From NCBI RefSeq assembly GCF_009914755.1, contig NC_060928.1: a stretch of DNA of 64,000 nucleotides; one strand, 5' to 3'. The notes below the pieces were generated by a model, which made no database searches, had not been told where the DNA came from, and was given only the letters and a program-made list of their open reading frames with translations. This stretch comes from the human T2T-CHM13v2.0 reference genome, Homo sapiens. Position 1 is the first letter of the stretch. Each line of letters opens with the position of its first letter. Both the position numbers and the translations under genes were made by a program. Below are positions 1-15,739 of the stretch, piece after piece.

Positions 1-570
1 TTGCTGGGTAAAAATTACTAGAAGCATGGAGGCTTAAAATAAAACTGATTTAGTGGCTCACGTTAATGTGTTAGAATTTTAGGACAACATGACTGGGTTC
101 TCTACTCAGGGTATCCCAAGGCAGAAATAAGGTATCAGCTGGACTGAGTTCTCATTTGGGGGCTCTGGGAGAAAATCCAATTCCAGATTGATTCCTGGTG
201 TTGACAGAGTTCAGTTCCTTGCAGTTGTAGGATTGAGGTTCCCATTTCCTTGCTGGCTTTCAGCCGGGGGTCACTCGGCTCCTAGAGGTCACCCTCAGTT
301 CTGTGCCACATGATTCCCTCCATCTTTAAGCCAGCAATGATGTCTCACATCCTCCTCACACTTCCGGTTTCTAACTTCCTTACTGTGACAAGCTGGAGGA
401 AAGTGTCTTTAAAGTGCTCATGTGATTAGGTCAGGCCAGCCCACTTGATTTTCATCATCTAATCACGAGAATAAAATCCATCCTATTCTCAGTCCCAGGG
501 ATTATTCAGGATGTGTACCGCGGTGAGAAGTCTCGGAGGCTGTTGAGAATCTGCCTGCATAGCAGCTGCT
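1..570 (-). mobile_element. MaLR LTR (MLT1D/E-like), degenerate
   Basis: Resembles recalled MLT1 consensus (gttcagttccttgcagttgtaggattgaggttccc; gctcatgtgattaggtcaggcc); boundaries approximate. Confidence 0.65.
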
Positions 571-1065
571 CAGAACTTGGTTGGGGAGGGAATTCTAGGC
601 TGAGAATGGCAAATCTCTCTTGGGATTTTAATTCTAACACTAATGGCAAATAGTAAATTTTCCTAGATAAACCGCTGCTGAAATGTCTCATTCCTGTGTT
701 GGCAAGTATACATTCTCTACTTTTTCTGATTGCTCTGAATTAAATGAAGTTTAAAATATCCTAGAAGGACTGAAAGAGATTTGCTTGAGATGGGTTGTCA
801 CCTGGGGCTTGAGTCTAACAAAGCAGGAGATTGAGTTGTTACCAATTTCCAAACGGTATCTCAAAGAGCAGTTAAATATCTGATTATCTGATTACTGGAT
901 AAACGTCATTCCCAGAGTCCTCATATGGCACCATTTGATAAGCCTGCAAAGCAGGTAAAAGAAATACTTTTGTTTTAGTTTCCTTAAGGCACCCACCAGA
1001 GCCCTGAGACTAAGCTTCTACACCATGAGACCACTCCCTTCATGAGTCTCAGTTTCTGTTTGTAA

Positions 1066-1384
<319 letters not shown>

Positions 1385-1480
1385 TGTGATTTTCATTCAC
1401 TGATATTTCTGAACATGTGCATCTACAAAATCCGAAACTCAATAAACGCATAACAGACCCCTTTTAAAAAGCTACCCATT

Positions 1481-1743
<263 letters not shown>

Positions 1744-2298
1744 TTACAGTATTCTGTATTTGGTTGTAATTTCTATTGTTCTGGCATATTAGATGTCGCC
1801 TCTTTAATCTGTTGTATTTTTTCATGCAAAACTGCTTCAATATTGCATCATAATAATTTGCTCAGTTTTCCCAAGGATTGAAATGAGTGCTTTATTCTTC
1901 AACAACATATGTTTTCTGGGAAAATATATTATTCTTTTGCCTACTATTTTCATTGGTTAAAAAATACACGTAATGTTTTAAACAAAAAAACTTTTTAAAA
2001 TATGTTGTTTAAATTAATTTAAACTTTTAAAAGAGAAACTATAGCTAGCAAGCAAATATATAGAAATGTTTTAAATATTATTAATAAAATTCAAAAACAC
2101 TCAAGAACATGGTACTGTGTTTAATATAATTGCTTTACTGAGATCTAATTCACATGTCATACAATGTGTCATTTAAAGTATATAATTGAATGGATTTTAA
2201 TATATTCACAAAATTGTACAACTATTACCACAATTTTAGAATATTTTCATCACCCCAAAAATAAACCCCATATTTCCCCACAAACCGCCCTGCCATAG

Positions 2299-2760
<462 letters not shown>

Positions 2761-2883
2761 GGTATCATTTTTATCTAATAGATTATTCTTGAAATTTCAT
2801 GATGTGATGTTGGTGAAGTGTTCCTCTCTATATTACTAGTATCCTGGTTTTACAAAGGAATTTGGTAACATGTACCTAGAGTC

Positions 2884-3248
2884 TGACAAGGACTTCCTCC
2901 TTAACTGGATACTAGTCAGGCTCCTCTAAGCACTCTTCTTGACCAGGCCTCATCCTTGGCCAACTGAGTCCAGTTTTAGCAAGAGTCCTAAGAAGCCAGT
3001 TTAGCAAGAATTCCTCTATCATTGATCAAGTTCCTCATTTTCCCCAGCTGTTGATATCTAATCAAGTTCCTCAGTAATTTTTCACTCACTGATCCCACCC
3101 TGCCTAGTGGCCATCAATCCCAGGGTGTCTTGGCTGTATTTAGAATACAGTTTTGTACTGAAGTCTCTCTCCTGTACTGCAGTAACTTGACAGAATAAAA
3201 CCTATCTTGCCATTTTTAAAAAATGTCTGTTGCAATTTCTCTTTGGCA
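2884..3248 (+). mobile_element. ERV1 solo LTR (MER31-like)
   Basis: TG...CA termini, 4-bp TSD AGTC (2880-2883/3249-3252), internal AATAAA, start resembles MER31 consensus. Confidence 0.75.
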
Positions 3249-4330
3249 AGTCCAAAAAATACTAAACAAGTTTTGACTAAAAATTTTTATCTCTGGAAGT
3301 TTGTCTTAAGGAAATAATTTGGAGTCAAGTAAAAAGATTTATTTATGAATTTGATGGTAGTGAATAAAATAGCAAAGGAATGGGAACAGGTAATTGGTTC
3401 TTAAAATATTCAACACTAGGGGAATGAGTGAGCAAACCCACATGTAGCAACCCAATGATATATACTGTATTTATTAACAGATAGAGTTATGGAGCTATAG
3501 CACTATAGAAATGTTGCTAAAGTGCTTGGCATAAATTTGTGGACACTATAGTTCAAAGCATTTAAGAAATATAAATATGATATTCTTATCTACAAAACAG
3601 TGGCGTTTTAAAAAATTGAAGTTATTCAATACAAAAAAAGATGTAAGAGACATAATAATTATATATAAGGTGTGGACCCTGTTTGAAATCTAATTTAAAC
3701 AAAATAAATGTAAATAATATATTTGGAGAGCAATAAATGAATTTTGAATATGAACTGGCTACTATATTATGTAAATGTATTTTACATTCTATGTTACAAA
3801 AAAAGTTATTAATTTTTAGAAATGTAAAATGAACTAGAAGCGAAATATCATGTTATCTGAGATTTGTTTTAAAATTCTCCTGCAAAGAAAAAAATTAGAT
3901 GAACAGTTAAGGAAATCTGTTAGTAGTTGTTCAATTTAGGTATTCCAGTTTTCTATTGCTTTTTAACAAACTATCCAGAAACAGGGTCTTAAGACAGTAA
4001 TGATCCTTATTTTGCTCAATAATTTGGAAGTTGACTCAAATCAGTTAGGCAGGTCTCTCTCATGGTCTCTCCTGCAGTACTGGAGACAGTACTGGAACTG
4101 GGTCCTTCTTCACTCAAACAAATAGGAGCTGCAAGAGCTGAAACTCTTCAAGTGTGTCCCTTCCCTCCTCCTCTTCTCCTGCCTTCTCTCTCCCCCTCAC
4201 CCCCAAATGGTTTCTCCACTTTGTCGCCTCAGGGAAAACAAACTTCTTATATTGTAACTAAAGGATCCCAGAGTAAGTGTTCCAAAATAAACCAGCAGAA
4301 ATTATGTGTTATTTTTAAGCTATTTTTTGA

Positions 4331-4774
<444 letters not shown>

Positions 4775-5316
4775 GCCGTCTTTGAAAAATAATATTGCCA
4801 CACGAGGTGATGAGTATTTGAAATTCGTCACAATATTCTTTTAAATATTTTGACATTTTTACTTTTAACTTGGGAAAAAAAAGACTAAAGGGAAATGTAC
4901 CAAAATATGCATAGTAATTCCATTAAATAATTGTCTAACCTCTTAAATTAGCTATAACATCATATTACTTCTGTTACTTAATAAAAATAAATAATTTCAA
5001 AAAATGATTCTCTTAATTCCTTCCCAATAGCTGAACACAGCCAGGATATCCTAATATTCTAAAAATAAACCACAATAAACATCATCACTAAATGCTATAA
5101 ACATTTCCTTATTTATTTTACATCTTTTTCCTTTTTCTATTCTAAAGTTGGAGCTGAGAGAGCAAATATTTTTATCCCAGCTTGGATAAGAATCAGATTT
5201 TACTTAAGCCGGGAGCCCAGAGTCTGTGGATTAGTTAATGTATATGTAAATTATCTAAAATGCTGTGCAAAACTTGGTGAACATGCATCAGTGCATCTTA
5301 GAGAAGAGAGGATCGG

Positions 5317-5597
<281 letters not shown>

Positions 5598-6059
5598 CTA
5601 TAGTTTCTATCAATTCTGAGATAAATAGTTTAAGAATCACAATTACTCTTGTTGTTGCAAAGTAAGTTTAACATTTTTCCTAGCTCTGTGGATTCACTGA
5701 AAGCATATAGATCACATTTCTACATCTCTGACCATTTATTTTCTCTTCATCCTCCCTTACCTCGTTCACATCCAGAAATACAGATTATACTTGCCAGCTT
5801 CTCCCTAGAGCCACAGGGTCACATGTGAATAGAAGGCTCTAGCTGTCCTTTTAATAATGCCCAAAGAGTATTCACAAGTCCAGGACCCTGTCTTTAAATC
5901 TGGGTATTTGAGGAAGAATATTCCTGGATGCTATTTCCTCCTACCCAATACTACATGGTACTATATTTTGTTAACATTTAGTTCTACTTAAAAATTATCA
6001 AATTAACGTTTTTGCCAGTTTTTCCGTGTGTTTTATTTTCCCAAGAGGTTTAGGATAGT

Positions 6060-7892
6060 TGTTTTGGGAAGTCAGGGACCCTGAATGGAGGGACTGGCTG
6101 GACCCGCGGCAGAGGAACATAAATTGTGAAGATTTCATTTTAATATGGACATTTATCCATTCCCAAATAATACTTTTATAATTTCTTACACCTGTCTTAC
6201 TTTAATCTCTTAATCCCGTTATCTTCGTAAACTGAGGCTGTACATCACCTCAGGACCACTGTGATAATTATGTTAACTGTACAAATTGATTGTAAAACAT
6301 GTGTGTTTGAACAATATTAAATCAGTGCACCTTGAAAAAGAACAGAATAACAGCGATTTTTAGGGAACAAGGGAAGACAACCATAAGGTCTGACTGCCTG
6401 CGGGGCCAGGCAAAGAGAGCCATATTTTTCTTCTTGCAGAGAGCCTATAAATGGGCGTGCAAGTAGGGAAGATGTCACTGAATTCTTTTCCTAGCAAGGA
6501 ATATTAATATTAATACCCTGGGAAAGGAATGCATTCCTGGGGGGAGGTCTATAAATGGCCATTCTGGGAGTGTCTGTCCTATGCGGTTGAGATAAGGACT
6601 GAGATACACCCTGATCTCCTGCAGTACCCTCAGGCTTACTAGTGTAGGGAAGAATCCTGCCCTGGTAAATTTGTGGCGAGACCCATTCTCTGCTCTCGAA
6701 CCCTGTTTTCTGTGGTTTAAGTTGTTTATCAAGACAATACGTACACTGCTGAACACAGACACTTATCAGTAGTTCTGCTTTTGCCCTTTGCCTTGTGATC
6801 TTTGTTGGACCCTTATCAGTAGTTCTGCTTTTTGCCCTTTGAAGCATGTGATATTTGTACCTACTCCCTGTTCTTACGCCCCCTCCCCTTTTGAAACCCT
6901 TAATAAAAAACTTGCTGGTTTGAGGCTCAGGTGGGCATCACAGTCCTACCAATATGTGATGTCACCCCCGGCAGCCCAGCTGTAAAATTCCTCTTTATAA
7001 GACATTTATGCAGCCAAAAGACACATGAAAAAATGCTCATCATCACTGGCCATCAGAGAAATGCAAATCAAAACCACAATGAGATACCATCTCACACCAG
7101 TTAGAATGGCAATCATTAAAAAGTCAGGAAACAACAGGTGCTGGAGAGGATGTGGAGAAATAGGAACACTTTTACACTGTTGGTGGGACTGTAAACTAGT
7201 TCAACCATTGTGGAAGTCAGCGTGGCAATTCCTGAGGGATCTAGAACTAGAAATACCATTTGACCCAGCCATCCCATTACTGGGTATATATCCAAAGGAT
7301 TATAAATCATGCTGCTATAAAGACACATGCACACATATGTTTATTGCGGCACTATTCACAATAGCAAAGACTTGGAACCAACCCAAATGTCCAACAATGA
7401 TAGACTGGATTAAGAAAATGTGGCACATATACACCATGGAATACTATGCAGCCATAAAAAGTGATGAGTTCATGTCCTTTATAGGGACATGGATGAAGCT
7501 GGAAACCATCATTCTCAGCAAACTATCGCAAGGACAAAAAACAAAACACTGCATGTTCTCACTCATAGGTGGGAATTGAACAATGAGAACACATGGACAG
7601 AGGAAGGGGAACATCACACACCGGGGCCTGTTGTGGGGTCGGGGGAGGGGGGAGGGATAGCATTAGGAGATATACCTAATGTAAATGATGAGTTAATGGG
7701 TGCAGCACACCAACATGGCACATGTATACATATGTAATAAACCTGCATGTTGTACACATGTACCCTAAAATTTAAAGTATAATTTAAAAAAAATTCCTCT
7801 TTATACTGTCTCTCTTTATTTCTCAGCCAGCCGACACTTATGGAAAATAGAAAGAACCTACATTGAAATATTGGGGGTGGGTTCCCCTGATA
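6060..7892 (+). mobile_element. MER11 solo LTR (HERV-K HML-8), interrupted by L1
   Basis: Starts tgttttgggaagtcagggacc, ends gggttcccctgata; 6-bp TSD GATAGT at 6054-6059 and 7893-7898; homologous to LTR at 17935-18939. Confidence 0.92.
7000..7789 (+). mobile_element. 5'-truncated L1PA (L1PA5-like): ORF2 C-terminus, 3' UTR and tail
   Basis: ORF 7025-7579 is the L1 ORF2p C-terminal Cys-rich region ([18 protein letters not shown]); 16-bp TSD AAAATTCCTCTTTATA at 6984-6999 and 7790-7805. Confidence 0.96.
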
Positions 7893-8093
7893 GATAGTAT
7901 TTTTAATCAGATTTTTCCCCGGTTTTATCATGTTATGTTCTTTTGTTTCTCTCAGACCTTTCAGGGATGAATATTAGGTTCAAGTGATTTGATTTATATC
8001 CTACTACCTCTGATTCTAAGTTGGACAGTATTTATATTGTTTTGCAAGAGAGAACTTCAGGAATTTGTCCTAGCTATTAGTTTGCTCTTACAG

Positions 8094-8155
<62 letters not shown>
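8094..8155 (+). repeat. Pure poly(A) tract, ~62 nt
   Basis: Read directly; no retroelement body next to it. Confidence 0.95.
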
Positions 8156-8158
<3 letters not shown>

Positions 8159-8760
8159 CACAAGGAATAAAAAAAAATTGAGAAAAAAGGACAAGCATGT
8201 GGTTTCTAAGAATGAATGTTCTTAGAAACCCAGCAAGAAACTCATGCTGATGTTTCCCAGTTACCTTTCCTACCTTCTTGGGCAAGTCCATTTGCTTCTG
8301 CACTTCAGCTACTATGGTCACACCATTAACCTCCTAGTCTGTATCCCCAGAACTCACACAGAAAGAAAGTATGCTCGTCCATAATCTCTTTTTTGCAATT
8401 CCAAAATTTAAAAGTGCTAAAATATGAATGTTTTTCCATAACTTATTTTGCATTCAAAAATGACTTAATCTGAATTCACTTGGTAATAAAACTTGACCTG
8501 TATTGATGTAAGGCTGCTTTAAATTACTATTTTTTCCTCTTAAGGAATCATAGGGTTAACTGTAGAACTGTTACTGTGTTTGATAACCAGGTGCTCTCCT
8601 AATCCTCCTTTGAGAGTTTTACATAATGTAGGGTTATATATCATTTAAACTGTCTAAAACAGAAATATCTGAATATAAAGCACATCTAGACCTATAAGTT
8701 TCCTATAAAGGATTGTAGATACATCCAGTGCAACATGCCAAAATGCCATCTCTATGAGAA

Positions 8761-8930
8761 ATACCAAAACATTTAGCCAGACATGGTGGCACATCCCTGT
8801 AGTCCCAGCTACTCAGGAGAGTGAGGTGGGAGGATGGCTTGAGGCCAGGAGGTCAAGGCTGCAGTGAGCCACGATCATGTCACTGCACTCTAGCCTGGCA
8901 ACAGAGCAAGACTCTGTCTCAAAACAAAAC
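8761..8930 (+). mobile_element. Alu right monomer (AluJ/FRAM-like)
   Basis: Right-arm sequence only. Confidence 0.85.
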
Positions 8931-9507
8931 TACAGAATTGTAGATCAAAACTAACATTTCATTTCATATATTCAGTCTAAATAATTTCAATCATTAAAGC
9001 ACTCTAAAGGCATTTTACCAAGTAATGAGATAGAAAAATATTAATTAACTTCTTAGAGGGGATGTTTTAATAAAATAACAATCTCAATAAGATTAGATGT
9101 CTTTATTAAGAACTAAGAAAAATCTGAAAGAGTAATAATCATAGCTAACATTTATTGAGCCCTGATAAATTGCTAGACACTCTATTAATTAACATTTATC
9201 TACATTATTTCATTAATTCCTCTAAACTACAATGTGAAGTAGGTATTTCTATCATACTTACTCTATAAATGAGAAAACTGAGGCACAGAATAGTTAACAT
9301 ACAAGGATACATTTACAAGTGGTTGAGATAAAATCTAAATCTACATAATCTGACTCCAGAGCCTGTACATCAAACCTATATGGTATATTGGCTCAGTAAC
9401 AATAGGAAACCCGCCCTAAAATGTATTAAAATACTACAGTGGTGAACAGTTTAGTGCTGGCACAAAAATAAACAGACATGCTAAAACTAGCAAGATTTCC
9501 ATGAGTG

Positions 9508-11790
<2,283 letters not shown>

Positions 11791-12312
11791 AGAGACATCA
11801 AGTACAATGGATGGAATGAGGTGCCATATTGAGAAAAAGGCCACTCCAGTCCCTTTTTACCACTTACTCCAACCACCACCCCCGAGAATGATGCCTGCCC
11901 AGCAAGAAATTGGAGGCTTTCTCTATGGGGAAACTGGAAATCGATGAGTCCAAGAAAAAAGAGCTCTAGATTAACATTTGGTAATCTCACAATCTTATGC
12001 CTAGGTTCCTCTCAAATCCCCCTAGAGTAAAACCCAGCAGCTGATGAGCCCTGCTACTCTTGAAGTGCCTCCAGTCAGCACTCTTAAATATGATTAGCCA
12101 GTTACAAATCACAAGACATTTGTACAGTCTCCAGCATGAAAGGAGAGACTAAGTAAATCAAAAGAACTCAAAGAAAGCAGAGTCAACGTATTGCATGATA
12201 CTGAGAAAAAACAAAGACTGTTAAAAAACCTATAGTTAACAAGCTTGAGGATAAAACAATATTTCAAGCAAGAAAAAAGGAAAAGTTGCTACCAACAAAG
12301 AATATCCAGGGG

Positions 12313-12423
12313 TAGAGTGGCCAACCATCCCCGTTTGCCCAGAACTATCTCAGTTTTAGCTGAGAGTCCCATATTCCAGGAAAACCCTTAGTCCCAGGCA
12401 AACCAGGAGAGCTGGTGACCCTG
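12313..12423. mobile_element. MER81-like hAT MITE
   Basis: ~110 bp with degenerate terminal inverted repeats (tagagtggccaacc...gctggtgaccctg). Confidence 0.75.
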
Positions 12424-12440
12424 CTGAAAAGTGGGAATGC

Positions 12441-12443
<3 letters not shown>

Positions 12444-12473
<30 letters not shown>

Positions 12474-13198
12474 TTGATAATTCTTGGGTGTTTCTCACAG
12501 AGGGGGATTTGGCAGGGTCATAGGACAATAGTGGAGGGAAGGTCAGCAGATAAACAAGTGAACAAAGGTCTCTGGTTTTCCTAGGCAGAGGACCCTGCGG
12601 CCTTCCGCAGTGTTTGTGTCCCTGGGTACTTGAGATTAGGGAGTGGTGATGACTCTTAACGAGCATCTGTTTAACAAAGCACATCTTGCACCGCCCTTAA
12701 TCCATTTAACCCTGAGTGGTCACAGCACATGTTTCAGAGAGCACAGGGTTGGGGGTAAGGTCACAGATCAACAGGATCCCAAGGCAGAAGAAGTTTTCTT
12801 AGTACAGAACAAAATGAAAAGTCTCCCATGTCTACTTCTTTCTACACAGACACGGCAACCATCCGATTTCTCAATCTTTTCCCCACCTTTCCCGCCTTTC
12901 TATTCCACAAAGCCGCCATTGTCATCCTGGCCCGTTCTCAATGAGCTGTTGGTCACACCTCCCAGACGGGGTGGTGGCTGGGCAGAGGGGCTCCTCACTT
13001 CCCAGTAGGGTCGGCCGGGCAGAGGCGCCCCTCACCTCCCGGACGGGGCGGCTGGCCGGGCGGGGGGCTGACCCCCCCACCTCCCTCCAAGACGGGGCGG
13101 CTGGCCAGGCGGGGGGCTGACCCCCCCACCTCCCTCCCGGATGGGGCGGCTGGCCGGGCAGAGGGGCTCCTCACTTCCCAGTAGGGGCGGCCGGGCAG
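12444..13198 (-). mobile_element. 5'-truncated SVA (SINE-R plus part of VNTR), possibly SVA_E-like
   Basis: Poly-T, SINE-R, GC-rich VNTR ~12955-13198; 16-bp TSD AAAGTGGGAATGCTTT at 12428-12443 and 13199-13214. Confidence 0.95.
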
Positions 13199-14551
13199 AA
13201 AGTGGGAATGCTTTAATAAATTAAGGACATGACTTAAGAAGAAATAAGAAGCCATTTGAAGGGTTGACAAATAAAATTGAGGATAAAATGCAGGAATAGA
13301 ATGAAAAGACAAAGAAAAAATAAAAGGGAAAAAATGTTTTTTGAAAACAGAGACTCTAGGAGGTAGATCATATGGATAATAGGAGTTCTTGAAAGAGGAA
13401 ATCGAATATAGAAGGGAAGAAGCTATCAAAGAACCAATACAAGGACATTTTCCAAACTGGAAGGACCTAAGTTTTCAGATGAAAAGGGCTCGCTGGAGGT
13501 CCAAACAGTGTTTGGGAAAAAGGAATGGCAATGGGGACTTTCCTCAAGAGTGTTAAGAGCTGTAGGAGTGAATAAACAATTATTAAAGTGGAGAAGGAGA
13601 GGAGGAGTGTAAATAGAAAGTGAACATATCAAATTCAAAGAATTTGAATGGAATCAGAAATCCAAATGGCATATTTACTCCACAGCAATGCTGCAGCTTT
13701 AATCAATAGAAGATCATGCCTTTAAAGTTCTGAAAGAAAATCATGTCCAACAGAGATGTCTATAGCCAGTGCACCATAATAAATGTACAAGGATGGTTTC
13801 TGCATCATTGTTTGTACAAGCAAAAACCCATATACAACCTAAATACCTAATGTTAGAGATGAAAGAAATTATAGCACATTTTATAACATTCAGATAATTT
13901 AAAATAATTTATTTACCAAATTTCATTGGAGAATGAAATCAATGTGTATGTACTGACATGGAAAGAACTCCATCATATATTAGGTTTCTAGAAAAACAAG
14001 TTTCAAAATAGCAATGTACAGTATTAGATACATTTTATAAAAGAGCATAAACACACACACACACAAACAGTATAGATAAAATAAGTGGGAAGAGAAAAAT
14101 CTCAATTATTAGTGACTATTTTTGGGACACAGAACTTAGAAACCCAGCTGTTACTTTTTGTTTTATACAATTCTATAGTAGTTGGATTTTTTTCCTTAGA
14201 TGGCCAAATTGTTTTTAAAACAATGCACGTTTTATTTCTTTGTGATGACAGCACCATCTAGTGGTCTATGTTAACAACTTTTAGAATATTTTTGACTTTA
14301 ATGTGATATTTAATAATATTTTCCTATTAAAATAAAAGCAAGCAACTACAGCACAGGGAAAAACATTTTACTATGGCATTTGAAAGAACAAGCACTCATA
14401 ATTATTTATAGGCTTTATGTCTTAGAACGATCTCCAAGATGTATCAAACGCAAAAATCAAATACAAAAAAAATGTGATAATCTACTATTTGTGCTAAAAA
14501 ATACTCGGCTAAAAAAAGCAGAATATTTTTACATATTAGATTATACATGCA

Positions 14552-14805
14552 TAAAGGTAAACACTGGCCACTCTAAGTCTGATATAGATGGAAACCCCCT
14601 GCCACAGAACCAGGGAAACAGGAAGCAGGGCCAATCCCTGGCCCCAATATCAAACGGGACACCTCAGACTCAGACCAGTGTTGCGTTTCCGCTTCAAGGG
14701 GTCCCAACGCAGCCCCCAGCACAAACAAATTTACCTACAGCCAACCCAGATGGGTCCCAGCCTCTTCTTCTGTCTCAGTACAATGCTTGTCCACCTCCAC
14801 AGTAG
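14552..14805 (+). pseudogene. gag: gag C-terminus (end of NC zinc knuckle and tail)
   Basis: KGKHW then frameshifted HSKSDIDGNPL...QPP, stop at 14803-14805. Confidence 0.8.
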
Positions 14806-15491
14806 GGCGCGGGGCGGTCGACCTCTGTATACCATTCCTCTAAATTTACTACCTAATTCTTTGCCTTTAATTGTCCCCACGGGGGTCACTGGCCCTTTAC
14901 CTCAAGGTTCGGTGGGCCTGATGTTAGGTAGGGCATCCACCTCCGCTAAAGGTATCATAGTTCATACTGGTCTCATTAATTCTGATTCCTCTGATGAGAT
15001 TAAACTTACGGTGTCTGCCAAGATTCCTGTTTCCATTCTGGCCAGTAAGCTCAATTACTTTTACTACCTAATATTGTTTTAAACAAAGGAGATAAGACAT
15101 GGGGCCCTGGGATGGGCTCCGGTGGCAAAAAAAAAAAAAAAAAAAAAAAAAAGCCACTTATTGGATTAATGTAATTTCTAAACAATGGCCCACCTGCATC
15201 ATACACATTCAAGGAAAAAAGTATGAGAGTCTAGTAGATACTGGGGCTGATGTTTCTATTATTTCCTCTAATTTATGGCCTTCCTCCTGGCTTAAACATC
15301 CCACTAACATGGGACTAGCAGGGATTGGAAAAACTGATGAAGTTCACCGGAGCACATTTATCTTGCCTTGCACTGGCCCTGATGGTCAAAAGGGTACAAT
15401 TCAGCCGTATATCACACCAATCCCCATTAATCTTTGGGTAGAGATTTGCTGGCACAATGGGGGGCTGAAATTAATATTTCACATAACTCTT
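14760..15491 (+). pseudogene. pro: pro: dUTPase and aspartic protease, frameshifted
   Basis: VPTGVTGPLPQGSVGLMLGRAS...VHTGLINSD (dUTPase); LVDTGADVSII (protease active site); PINLWG; A tract at ~15127-15151. Confidence 0.92.
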
Positions 15492-15739
15492 AAAACTCCC
15501 AAACCAACACCTGGGAACCTGGAACAATTATAATGTGGGGAAGAGGGTATGCTTGTGTTTCACCAGGAGATCATCAATCCCCTGTCTGGGTGCCCACTAG
15601 AAGCCTGAAACTTCGTGTGAATGCTGACAATAAAAACCACAGAGAAAAGATGTCCACGTCAGAGACCACCCTCATACGTGGTGAGATCCTCAGAAACTGG
15701 CACGCCAAATCAAAATGGGTCTGGTTCAATCCTCCCTAA
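15492..15739 (+). pseudogene. pol: pol remnant: integrase C-terminus only
   Basis: [11 protein letters not shown]...VWVPTR follows directly after the protease end; RT, RNase H and IN core missing. Confidence 0.88.

Noticed and set aside
7025-7579. 184-aa ORF as a gene
   Set aside because: It is the ORF2 C-terminus of a 5'-truncated L1
12643-13429. ORFs over the GC-rich segment, or a CpG-island promoter
   Set aside because: Explained by SVA SINE-R and VNTR
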